Below are positions 46,741-56,262 of a stretch of 64,000 bases of DNA, one piece after another. Numbering within the stretch: the stretch's first letter is position 1; the number at the start of each line of letters is the position of its first letter. A program made the position numbers and the translations under genes. The DNA comes from a virus, in IMG/VR virus record IMGVR_UViG_3300035138_000032, positions 13,389-77,388 of that record; one strand, 5' to 3'. The notes under the pieces were generated by a model. The model saw only the letters and a list, made by a program, of their open reading frames with translations, made no database searches and was not told the DNA's origin.

Positions 46741-47735
46741 TGAGCCCAGATATTATAGTAACCAATACTACTTATAGTGGTATAGAGATAGAAGATTTGC
46801 ATTATTTTATGATACCAGTTTCTGGCACGGAGACATTGACAGATTATTTTAGTGCTGTTGAAATAGCTGGCTCCGATCATCTAATAAGCCTAGTGGCAGC
46901 AGGTGATTTAGTAGTTAATGACGGTATAGAGGACTTAACAAGCACTAATGGTATAAAATATTGTCTTGGTCAATTTAATGAGGTAAATTTATTTCAGGAA
47001 AATAGGGACAGATCTGGAAAGCTACGTGTGCACCAGACATCTAGAAAGCTTGGTCTGAGAATAGCATGGACTGGCGCCGGTGACGACTCCTCTGATGTCA
47101 CAAAAGTGTTTCATGGCGAACCACTAACATTTGAATTTGTATCCGCAAGTGGTACAGAAATTATGTCAAAATACATAGATTTTAATATAATAGAAAATGA
47201 GACATGGCTTCATGAGGGTTATTTGACTTGGAAGAATTGCCATTTTGAAAAGTTATCGTTACGTATGGTACCCAGAGTAACATCGATTACTGTAACATCA
47301 GGTACTAATTACAATCTGTATGGTGGTTATCTGGTGGTGCCGGCTTATCCTGGGACCGGTACGGTAGATATAACTTCTGATATAACTGATCCTACTGCCG
47401 GCCTAGTTTATATGCCTAATGACGATCTGGGGAATGAGCCTACCGCTTATTGGAATGCCGACTGGAACTCTACTACGAAAAAATTTGAAAATATATCTGC
47501 GGCACCTGAAGGAAACGGTAGATATAATATGTTCGCAGCTGAAGTGATTTTTGTTGAGTTTGTAAGTCAGATACCTTTACTTGAAAATGGATTTATAGCG
47601 TTAAATTCTTCTGATACAGATCAGATGGGTCAAGGTATGAGATTGCAAATGTTATTAGAGCCCGGCAATCATACTGAGGAGGAAACCGTAGGTATCGCAT
47701 GTATTTTGTGTATGCACAGAGATAAGAGTGTTTAA
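46740..47735 (+). CDS. virion-associated protein
   Basis: Coupled ORF in the structural module. Confidence 0.65.
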   Translation: MSPDIIVTNTTYSGIEIEDLHYFMIPVSGTETLTDYFSAVEIAGSDHLISLVAAGDLVVNDGIEDLTSTNGIKYCLGQFNEVNLFQENRDRSGKLRVHQTSRKLGLRIAWTGAGDDSSDVTKVFHGEPLTFEFVSASGTEIMSKYIDFNIIENETWLHEGYLTWKNCHFEKLSLRMVPRVTSITVTSGTNYNLYGGYLVVPAYPGTGTVDITSDITDPTAGLVYMPNDDLGNEPTAYWNADWNSTTKKFENISAAPEGNGRYNMFAAEVIFVEFVSQIPLLENGFIALNSSDTDQMGQGMRLQMLLEPGNHTEEETVGIACILCMHRDKSV

Positions 47736-47749
47736 ATAAGGAGGCCATT

Positions 47750-48418
47750 ATGAAGGTTCTATTAATGTCAGATTTTCATTTAGGTAGTCCTTTATTTAAA
47801 TCAAGCGAAAAAATAACTTCTTTATTAACCGCCTGCGCTTACGATTACATATTTTTGATTGGTGATTTAATAGATACTTGGGAGGGTAGCTTAAAAAATA
47901 TAATCGAGAATAATGCAGATTTAATAAATAAAATAAATAAATTAGATAACGTTATTATTATAAGAGGTAATCATGACCCGTCTAAGGAAGAGTTAAGTAT
48001 TATTTTTTGCTGCGATGTTTTCGATAGTTACGAACTGTATTTGGATAATAAAAAAGCACTAATAACACATGGTTATGAATTTGATGACATGGTGATGAAG
48101 TATTCTTGGGCTGCCAAAACAGTTTATCCAATCCATTGGGTATCTGAAAGGCTCAATCTTAATTTAAAAGGACAGGTTAGGGAGCTCTACTGTTCGGTGG
48201 CAAGTAAGAGGGATAAACCATACTATAAGGATCTTGTTCTGGCTATGGAAAGGAAACTAGTTGATAAATACCACGAATATGATTATGTCATAGTTGGGCA
48301 TACACATTTACCTAAAATAACAGATATAGATGGTTGTTTGTATGTTAATTGTGGTGATTGGATTCATAACATGACTTGTGTGTTGTACGAAAATGGAACT
48401 TTTTCATTAGTGAGGTAG
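47750..48418 (+). CDS. calcineurin-like metallophosphoesterase (LpxH-like)
   Basis: SDFHLG, GDLID, RGNHD, THG..FD, GHTH.P, YVNCGDW. Confidence 0.85.
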   Translation: MKVLLMSDFHLGSPLFKSSEKITSLLTACAYDYIFLIGDLIDTWEGSLKNIIENNADLINKINKLDNVIIIRGNHDPSKEELSIIFCCDVFDSYELYLDNKKALITHGYEFDDMVMKYSWAAKTVYPIHWVSERLNLNLKGQVRELYCSVASKRDKPYYKDLVLAMERKLVDKYHEYDYVIVGHTHLPKITDIDGCLYVNCGDWIHNMTCVLYENGTFSLVR

Positions 48419-48423
48419 ATAAA

Positions 48424-48990
48424 ATGAAGACCATGAATAAAGTAATAAACTGGGTTGGTAATATACAAGTTTTTAAGTATCCTTTATTTATAGTGTGTGG
48501 AAAGACTTCCTACAGAATTAATGGTATTGACCAAAGAGACATATTAAACACGCTTGAGCCTGGTGATATTCTTTTAAGGAGATATGATAGTTATATTAGT
48601 AATTGGATAATAAAGGGTTATTACAAGCATGCTGCCATTTACGTAGGTAACGGTAAAATTATTCACGTTATAGGCAAAGGAATTTGCGAAGAAGATATAC
48701 TAACTTTTATGAGATGTGATGATATAGCCATTTTAAGACATGTAGATGTTGATAAAATAGACAAAGCCATTAAATTAGCGTATTTACAATTGGCCAGAAA
48801 AGTGGAATATGATTTCGAGTTTGACAAAGACAATCCTAGCAAATTTTATTGTACTGAATTCACTGATTTTTGTTATGATTACCCCGTTAAATCTATGTTA
48901 ACTGCTGATAGTAAATATATATTACCGGATGATTTTCTGGACTCGGGAGATTTTAGAGTTATTTGGGCCAAGAAAGGAAATATAGATTAA
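48424..48990 (+). CDS. permuted papain-like NlpC/P60 enzyme (YiiX/YaeF family)
   Basis: PGDILL, KHAAIYVG, YDFEF, FYCTE, ILPDD. Confidence 0.85.
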   Translation: MKTMNKVINWVGNIQVFKYPLFIVCGKTSYRINGIDQRDILNTLEPGDILLRRYDSYISNWIIKGYYKHAAIYVGNGKIIHVIGKGICEEDILTFMRCDDIAILRHVDVDKIDKAIKLAYLQLARKVEYDFEFDKDNPSKFYCTEFTDFCYDYPVKSMLTADSKYILPDDFLDSGDFRVIWAKKGNID

Positions 48991-49004
48991 AAGGATATTA
49001 AAAA

Positions 49005-49535
49005 GTGATTAGAGTAGACAGGAATGAACAGTTTCCAATCACAGTGAATCTTATAGACGAGAGCGATGGTTCTGCTGTGGCAGGCCAAACAGTTTATTAT
49101 GATATAAGACATACTAATGATTCACCACTATCACCTCCAGTAAATGGGCTACTTTCTGAATCTTTTGTTGGTTCTGGGATATACATAACTACCGAGAGTA
49201 TATCTGAAGCCGGAAATTATAGAATATATGCTACATGTTCTGGATTTAATACCAATGTAGAAGGTTTAATTGTAAACGAAGAAAGTATTTACGAAGTAAC
49301 AAAATCTACTCATAATTACAATATATCTGTTGAGGATGTACTAAGGACTAATGTATCAGGCACATCCTCGCAGATAGCAAGGAATGTACCGATAGGTAAG
49401 ACAGATTATCTTGTTACTTTGATAAAAGCAGATAGTGCTGTTGATTGGTCTAATCCGATTAGTTCAGGTACGGTATATGCCCACTATCGAAGTTTGAGTG
49501 AGGAGTTACCTTATATGATGGGAGGGCCGTTATGA
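49005..49535 (+). CDS. virion-associated protein
   Basis: Ig-like N-terminal part; structural module. Confidence 0.6.
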   Translation: MIRVDRNEQFPITVNLIDESDGSAVAGQTVYYDIRHTNDSPLSPPVNGLLSESFVGSGIYITTESISEAGNYRIYATCSGFNTNVEGLIVNEESIYEVTKSTHNYNISVEDVLRTNVSGTSSQIARNVPIGKTDYLVTLIKADSAVDWSNPISSGTVYAHYRSLSEELPYMMGGPL

Positions 49536-49649
49536 TTTTGATTATTTAATAATGTTTAATGTTAAAAATATTTAGATAACCGATGGATAAAAAAGGAGCC
49601 GTTCGGATAGGTTAAGTCTCGAATGGAAATTACGCTGTGTGGGGCACTA

Positions 49650-50090
49650 ATGGAAATACGGACAATTTCATCTGTAGGTTATAGTTTTTGGTCCGCAGTT
49701 TGTGAGGAAACTGTTAGTAGTGGTGTTGGTGGCCATGGTTCTATAGAGTTAGAGGAGGGTTGGCAGCTTTGTGCTGTTCCTATACAATATGGATATTGGA
49801 GTAGCTCAACACATACACATGTGCATGATGACACTACTATAGCTAAATTTAAGAATTACATTTTGGATCAGATCGAAGACTTGTATGGCACTGTAAGTGG
49901 TGTAGAAGTAGCAAATACTTACACGGGAGATGCTCAGGCTTTTTATTCTTATGTGGTAGGTTCAACGCCAGAAAGCAGTTTTCATAACTTTCAACTTATA
50001 TATGACGATTCAGGCAACCGAGAGATAGCTGGTTTTTGGATAAAGATTACTACTACAAGTGGTGTAGTTATCACTTGGGGAGAGAACTAA
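49650..50090 (+). CDS. virion-associated protein
   Basis: LEEGWQLCAVP...GFWIK; start 49623 or 49650. Confidence 0.6.
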   Translation: MEIRTISSVGYSFWSAVCEETVSSGVGGHGSIELEEGWQLCAVPIQYGYWSSSTHTHVHDDTTIAKFKNYILDQIEDLYGTVSGVEVANTYTGDAQAFYSYVVGSTPESSFHNFQLIYDDSGNREIAGFWIKITTTSGVVITWGEN

Positions 50091-52403
50091 ATGGCACTTA
50101 ATATTACCTTTGATGGTTATGTTTACTTAGATGATGAAAGTGTAAGTAATTCTAATGTATACTACAAAGCTTATTTCCATAAGGTAAATAGTGGCTCCTC
50201 GTCTTCCAAGTGGAATAATGTTAGAACGGTAGAGGCCACGGGTTACTGGAATTGTAATCTTGGTGATGGTGATTGGTTAACACAAGATGGAGGTGCTTCT
50301 TCTGGAGACAAAGTAATTATAGCTTTCTGGAGAGGTGGTTCAAGAATGGGAACTAATTGTTCTGTTCTCGATGAGTGGGCCGCTTTTGAAATAACCTTGG
50401 ATGGGTCAAGTACTTATACTAATCAAACCCAAGTGAAAGCTAATTTACTACCAGAATTGATTTGGAGCTTTCCAACTAATGGTCTAGTTGGTCAAACTTA
50501 TTGGTCCACTAATTCAAGTCATGATATCCATACATGGGATTGGATGGGTACTACAATGGGTCATTATTATATATGGAATAGTGAGCCTATTTACTTTGTA
50601 AACCATGTAAACAATACAAGCTATTACTGGGATGATGGCGATGAAGACTTGGATCTTGCAGGTTCAGCTATAAGTTCACACAGTTGGAGTTCTCCTGGAG
50701 ATTATACAATAACAATAGTTATAGAAGATGAGTGTGGTGCCACGGTTACTGGCACGGAAGTGATAAGAATAAAAAATTCAGCTCCGTCGCCAGGGATATT
50801 TTGTAACGAAGCGATAGGACAGAGCATAATTACCCCAGATACAGTAGTGTCATTTGAGTATGATGGAACTAATCCTAATAATGTAATATATAACATAGAT
50901 TGGATTATTTATGATGATATTAATACCACTACAAGCGGAGAAGTAAGTGATACTATATACCACACAGAAGGTACTGGAACTTCTTGGTATGGCCATTCAG
51001 CAAGTTCAGGAGCATTTACTGATCCAGGTAATCATACTGTAGCTATAGTAGTCTATTGGAGCGATGGTTTTGAAAATCATACAATAAATTATAGTGAGGT
51101 ATTCACACAAGAATATTTTTCTGGTCCCACTGTAGATTTTACACAAGTTCCTAACCCTGTCGCGGTTACCAGCGGGGTCGAATTTAATAACATAACATCA
51201 GACCCTGATAGTAGAGTAGGAACCGGTTTCACTCCCGTAGATGGTGCAGAATACTATTGGACATGGAATAATGAAGGTAATATAGATACTGTAAGTAATG
51301 TAGATGATTCCTATATATATAGTAATACAGCTAATTCTGATGATATAACTATACAATTATGCACGAATTGGAATGATGGTTGGAATGACCATGAAACTTG
51401 TGAATTAAAGAATGTAGCTATAGAAACCACAGTGGTTGTGGTACAAGAAGATTGTTACTATGAATTAACTATATTTGGTACTTCCGATGACGGCACAGTG
51501 ACTGGGTATCATTGGGAGATATCTAGAAGTACCACTTCTGGTATAGCTGGCCCATATGAGTTAATATGGACAAGTCCAACAGACATGACTCAGAAAGAGA
51601 AAACTATAGCTTTTTCTGAGCAAAATTATTTTGAGATAAAAGGTTTTGTTCATGGCAACGGCGACACAGAGGATTATGAAATAATATACATAGATAATGT
51701 TTGTCCAGGTGAGGAATGTACTTTAATAATTTGGAATGGAACTGGTGTATGGGATGCTGGAGGAGATTGGACTCATAGTGGGTTTGGTACTGAAGCTTCT
51801 TATGCTAGATATGAAGGTACTAATGGTTTAGATGTTACTGGATTTATAAGTGGGGCTATTGTTAGATTCTCAAACGCAATAGAAGTTAATGTAGATGACT
51901 ATGATTTATTAAGTATGTATGTCAATTTAAAGGAATGGCAATCTGGTGCCAACGTATCTATTCGTTTTGAAGACGGTAATGTTCTTTATTTAAATGATTA
52001 TTTTACTACGTATAATTTGGATACGTGGCAAGGAGTATTTATTCCTTTGGAAGATTTTGGTTTAACTGCTCCTATAAATCTTAGACAATTGACTATAGAA
52101 TCAGCAGGTAACCATGGTTTTTATTTAGATAATGTTGAATTTGTTGTTGGCGCTACGTTAAGGACCTTGGTAGATGTAGGCAAGCCTGATATGGAAGCTG
52201 ATCCAACTAATGTTCCTAGTATGAAAGCTACTGCTCCTGATTACACTACAGTGCCTAGTATGTCAGTAACAAGGATACCAGCAACAGTTTCTCCAGATAC
52301 AAAAGCGGTAGAGTTGGATGGTACAACTGCTCCAGATATGAAAGCCTCAAGTACTGATATTAGGCCTAAAATGAGTGCTTTTCCGCCACCTTCAAATTTA
52401 TAA
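50091..52403 (+). CDS. PKD/Ig-repeat and carbohydrate-binding-like virion protein
   Basis: WDDGD...HSWSSPGDYTITI (PKD); WQGVFIPLEDF...FYLDNVEF; Pro/Thr-rich P.M.A tail repeats. Confidence 0.75.
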   Translation: MALNITFDGYVYLDDESVSNSNVYYKAYFHKVNSGSSSSKWNNVRTVEATGYWNCNLGDGDWLTQDGGASSGDKVIIAFWRGGSRMGTNCSVLDEWAAFEITLDGSSTYTNQTQVKANLLPELIWSFPTNGLVGQTYWSTNSSHDIHTWDWMGTTMGHYYIWNSEPIYFVNHVNNTSYYWDDGDEDLDLAGSAISSHSWSSPGDYTITIVIEDECGATVTGTEVIRIKNSAPSPGIFCNEAIGQSIITPDTVVSFEYDGTNPNNVIYNIDWIIYDDINTTTSGEVSDTIYHTEGTGTSWYGHSASSGAFTDPGNHTVAIVVYWSDGFENHTINYSEVFTQEYFSGPTVDFTQVPNPVAVTSGVEFNNITSDPDSRVGTGFTPVDGAEYYWTWNNEGNIDTVSNVDDSYIYSNTANSDDITIQLCTNWNDGWNDHETCELKNVAIETTVVVVQEDCYYELTIFGTSDDGTVTGYHWEISRSTTSGIAGPYELIWTSPTDMTQKEKTIAFSEQNYFEIKGFVHGNGDTEDYEIIYIDNVCPGEECTLIIWNGTGVWDAGGDWTHSGFGTEASYARYEGTNGLDVTGFISGAIVRFSNAIEVNVDDYDLLSMYVNLKEWQSGANVSIRFEDGNVLYLNDYFTTYNLDTWQGVFIPLEDFGLTAPINLRQLTIESAGNHGFYLDNVEFVVGATLRTLVDVGKPDMEADPTNVPSMKATAPDYTTVPSMSVTRIPATVSPDTKAVELDGTTAPDMKASSTDIRPKMSAFPPPSNL

Positions 52404-52418
52404 AGGAGTTAATAAAAA

Positions 52419-53396
52419 ATGTCAATAAGACTAACAGTTATAATAGACAATATATCTCAAGTATTAGATGTTTATGATAGAGTTGAAATAAGGAGAGCTA
52501 ATAATGAGTTAATGACAGATACTGTTATATCACTTACTGATTTGGGTGTAGTTAATAGTAATAATTCATATATTACACTAGAAACTGGTACTACTTATTA
52601 TTATGCTGTGGATAACGGTGAGTCACGGCCTGGATATACAGAATATTCTACTGGGACATCTGACAATTGGTACCAGTCCAGATATTACAATTCTACTACA
52701 TCCGGTGTGGTTAGTGGTTGGAGTGAGGCTGTTAGGGGCGAAGGCGCAGATTTATTTTATGACCCTTGTTATCCGCCTGAAATAAGTATGACTGATGCAG
52801 AACAGCTCGTAGTGGATGAGATTAGGAGATTGATAGGTGACCCTATAGATCTAAACCGTGAGTACGGTGAGGATGCTGCCTCGTCTATACATCCTGATGG
52901 TATGACGTATGAATTAGATGAAAAGGGATGGCCTACGTGTGTAACTATGGGAGGAGTGCAGTATAATACAACAGCTAATCCTACTATAAATGGCTATAGA
53001 TATCTTATTTTTGAGAATTGTATAAATACCACAGAAGTTGTTTGTTCTGGTACTTGTGATAATACACACGGTATTGATGTTTGGTACTATACGTTTCGCT
53101 GGTCACCGCGAGAACTGGTCGAAGCCTATAACAGCTGTCCTATACCACCTCCGTTGAATAGTTCTAATGTAACATCTCAAGCTTATATATTATATACAGC
53201 TAAGAGATTGTTACAATCTGAGAATTGGCACGACGCTATTGAAGACGGAGCATTGATAAAGGATGAGGGCACTACTTATGACCCGTCGCCTGGATTTAAT
53301 TTTAGAAAGAAATTGTTAGATGATTTAAATAAACAGTTGGATGATTTGATTAGGTCCCTTATTCTACAGGGCATTTCCGGAGTCCGTATTGAGTAA
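52419..53396 (+). CDS. putative head-tail adaptor protein
   Basis: IRRLIGD motif; position at the start of the neck module. Confidence 0.55.
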   Translation: MSIRLTVIIDNISQVLDVYDRVEIRRANNELMTDTVISLTDLGVVNSNNSYITLETGTTYYYAVDNGESRPGYTEYSTGTSDNWYQSRYYNSTTSGVVSGWSEAVRGEGADLFYDPCYPPEISMTDAEQLVVDEIRRLIGDPIDLNREYGEDAASSIHPDGMTYELDEKGWPTCVTMGGVQYNTTANPTINGYRYLIFENCINTTEVVCSGTCDNTHGIDVWYYTFRWSPRELVEAYNSCPIPPPLNSSNVTSQAYILYTAKRLLQSENWHDAIEDGALIKDEGTTYDPSPGFNFRKKLLDDLNKQLDDLIRSLILQGISGVRIE

Positions 53397-53397
53397 C

Positions 53398-54093
53398 ATG
53401 AGTTTCGGAATAATATATAAAGCAACCAATAAGGTTAACGGAAAGGTTTATATTGGACAGACCGTACAAAGATTGTCTCAGAGAAGATCAAATCATTTTT
53501 GTAGTAACAGCGGTTGTGTTTACTTCAGAAATGCTTTATTGAAATATGGTAAATCTAATTTTACTTGGTCAGTTTTATGTGAATGTAATGATGGTGTTAT
53601 TATGGACGAAGAGGAGATCCGTTATATAAATGAATATAAATCTTATGATAGAAAACATGGTTATAATTTGAACAGAGGTGGTTCTGGTAATTTGGGGTTT
53701 AAGCATACTGAAAATACGAAAAATAAGATATCGTCGGCCAAGACTGGTGTAAAATTACCTAAGTTCACTGCTGTACATAAAAAGCGAATAGGTTTATCCA
53801 ATAAAGGTAAATGTCATTCTGAAGAGTCTAAACTTAAGATGTCTGCAGCACGTATAGGTAGATATAGAGGCCCATCTAATTGGTTATCTAAGAAGTATGT
53901 TGTTTCTTTTCCAAATAATAAAGAGTATGTGGTAGTTGGGTTACGTAATTTTTGTAGGGATCTTGGTGATGTTTCGTATAAAGGGCTAGCCGCAGTAGCT
54001 ACTGGAAAGCGCAATCACCATAAGGGTTATAGATGTAGATATTTTGATGGAGATAAGGATAAAAATATAATATTTTGGCGTGATGAGGACTAA
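53398..54093 (+). CDS. GIY-YIG homing endonuclease with NUMOD3 repeats (Seg-like, free-standing)
   Basis: GIIYKATNKVNGKVYIGQT, R...H, GYNL..GG, HTENTKNKIS, HSEESKLKMS. Confidence 0.9.
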   Translation: MSFGIIYKATNKVNGKVYIGQTVQRLSQRRSNHFCSNSGCVYFRNALLKYGKSNFTWSVLCECNDGVIMDEEEIRYINEYKSYDRKHGYNLNRGGSGNLGFKHTENTKNKISSAKTGVKLPKFTAVHKKRIGLSNKGKCHSEESKLKMSAARIGRYRGPSNWLSKKYVVSFPNNKEYVVVGLRNFCRDLGDVSYKGLAAVATGKRNHHKGYRCRYFDGDKDKNIIFWRDED

Positions 54094-54095
54094 TC

Positions 54096-54695
54096 ATGGC
54101 TATCAATCGAACCAGAATAAGTAAACGGGTTAAAGAAAAACACAAAAAAACTATTAGAAATGTTATTTCGGGTCTTAGTCGTAAGGTAGAGGTGTATAAA
54201 CAACCAAGGAAGCTTGAGTGTACTAATTGTTATTACGACAAGTTTACTGATAGTTCCACAGGAAAATGTAAGTGGACTCCTACAGAGGCGTTACAGCAAC
54301 AGCTCGCGTTAGGTCCTGGTTCTATGCTTCAATATAAGTACTTTAAATTTGGCCGGTGTCCTGTTTGTAGAGGTAAAGGGTATTTGACTATTCAAAGACG
54401 TACCTGGGCAGATTGTATTGTTACTTGGGATCCTGGTAGTGGAGGAGCTAATAATTCAATTACTTATACTCCTGCCGGTACAGAAGGTAGTACGATAGTT
54501 AGACTTAAGACTGACCCAAAGAATTATGATTTATTTAAAAATAGCGATAAAATAATAGTTGATGGTGTAGAGTGTAAGTTATCAAAACCCCCAACATTAC
54601 GAGGTTTAGGTTCTCAAGCGGTGCTCATAATAATAGCTTTTAGTACGGAAAAATTATCTATAGACTCTGGAGAAATCATAAAGGATTATTCATAA
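54096..54695 (+). CDS. putative head closure/neck protein
   Basis: CTNC...CPVC Zn motifs; neck module position. Confidence 0.5.
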   Translation: MAINRTRISKRVKEKHKKTIRNVISGLSRKVEVYKQPRKLECTNCYYDKFTDSSTGKCKWTPTEALQQQLALGPGSMLQYKYFKFGRCPVCRGKGYLTIQRRTWADCIVTWDPGSGGANNSITYTPAGTEGSTIVRLKTDPKNYDLFKNSDKIIVDGVECKLSKPPTLRGLGSQAVLIIIAFSTEKLSIDSGEIIKDYS

Positions 54696-55327
54696 TGCAA
54701 AAGGCAATACGAAAGTCAGTTGTAAAAGCAGTAGAGAAGTTAGATGAGTATATAAAACTTATATATATAGAAAACTTGGAGACCTATTATATACCTACTA
54801 TTCAGAATATAATTTTACAAGAATATGATTATGAACTCACCGGCCGCGTAACTGACAGAAGGGCCCGTACTAATCCAGCATATTATAGAGATGAGTTTTC
54901 TACTGCCTTGACCGAATTTAAGTGGGTAGATAGAGGTAGTGATTATGTTAAGTTAATTGTCCCGGAAGTCAGTACTTTTAATTGGAATCAGGGTAGATTG
55001 AGAATTATAGAAAATATCCTAGAAGGCACGCTAGGAATTTACATAGAAGTTGATGAAGAACAATATGTTGCTATGTATGGTAAGAGACCTATTGATAGGT
55101 CTTTTGACAATACTGTAAGTATAAAGGAGCGGATCTATTTGTTAAGATTAACAAATAATGTAGCCAAGCGGTGGAAAGAAATTTACCCAAAAGAAAAAGA
55201 AGTCAGATTTCCATTTTCTAACCAATCACCAATAGATATATTTGATGGTGCCAATAAATATGTTAGTAATAATATAAATAGTTGGATAGATGAGGCTATT
55301 AAGGAAGCTCAAAAGGAGATACTTTGA
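54695..55327 (+). CDS. putative neck protein
   Basis: Coupled ORF in the neck module. Confidence 0.5.
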   Translation: MQKAIRKSVVKAVEKLDEYIKLIYIENLETYYIPTIQNIILQEYDYELTGRVTDRRARTNPAYYRDEFSTALTEFKWVDRGSDYVKLIVPEVSTFNWNQGRLRIIENILEGTLGIYIEVDEEQYVAMYGKRPIDRSFDNTVSIKERIYLLRLTNNVAKRWKEIYPKEKEVRFPFSNQSPIDIFDGANKYVSNNINSWIDEAIKEAQKEIL

Positions 55328-56262
55328 TGAAAAGTTTACGTAAAGAGGATTTAAGTCTTTACTACTATATTAAACATGTGGCCTTATTTGAATTTATGGA
55401 GTTAGAGGAGTTTGCTCCTTTACAAGAACTAGCTATAGAAGAATTCTGTAGTACTGAATTCAAGGTTTATGAGGCTCTTACCGCTTGGTGCGAATTTCCT
55501 GATGGATTTACGCCCAGTCCTACAGCACGTGGTAGGGGTTGGGTGTATCTTGATGATAGTACTATTTCAGGTACTGACCAATGTAATCCTTATGTTTTGG
55601 TGTCCGGTACTGATGTTAAAGGTACTAGCATAATTGGTATTCCTGAACAGTATAATAGGATAAACGTTTACGATGCTGATGGTGTGTTGATATCGGAACA
55701 GTACTATATGGTAGATTATATAGATGGTAGAATCATAACTGATGGTTCTGTTATTCCGGCATATATAGATTATTACTGGTATTACATTAGTTTGGTGGAC
55801 GAATGGGCAGCAGTGGAGGCGGCCGATCCTCCGGTTGTAGTTATTGATATGCATGGCACTGACCCATCTGGTTATCAGCTTGGCGCTGGTAAGAAAAAAG
55901 TTAGAAAAGTAGATTTACATATATTTGCAACGAATCCAGCTGAGAGAAATGATATAGTCGATGAGTTAGTAGATGCTCTATACAATAAAACTGCCCCGTT
56001 ATATAATTTTTCGTTTGGGACTATGTTGGAATATGATGGCACATGGTACGGTCGTAAATCTACAATGAATAAATTAACTACTTTGTTTAATACGCAACGA
56101 GCAGAGCATGTAATAGGTAATATGGAGTTCGAAAATGTTGTTGCCAGGCATGTTAATTTACCATTAGTTATGTCGAGGGATAGAAATGAGGTTATGTTAA
56201 GTGATCTAAACGCTTATCGATCGAAAGTAAGTTTTGATCTGGTTACTTATACCTATGTCTAA
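55324..56262 (+). CDS. putative tail completion/terminator protein
   Basis: PPVVVID...YQLG...VDLHIFA....ERNDI; upstream of the tail tube gene. Confidence 0.6.
   Translation: MMKSLRKEDLSLYYYIKHVALFEFMELEEFAPLQELAIEEFCSTEFKVYEALTAWCEFPDGFTPSPTARGRGWVYLDDSTISGTDQCNPYVLVSGTDVKGTSIIGIPEQYNRINVYDADGVLISEQYYMVDYIDGRIITDGSVIPAYIDYYWYYISLVDEWAAVEAADPPVVVIDMHGTDPSGYQLGAGKKKVRKVDLHIFATNPAERNDIVDELVDALYNKTAPLYNFSFGTMLEYDGTWYGRKSTMNKLTTLFNTQRAEHVIGNMEFENVVARHVNLPLVMSRDRNEVMLSDLNAYRSKVSFDLVTYTYV

Noticed and set aside
55219-55236. Additional late promoter (TAACC-N9-TAGA)
   Set aside because: Spacer is 9 nt and the site is inside a CDS; not distinguishable from chance.
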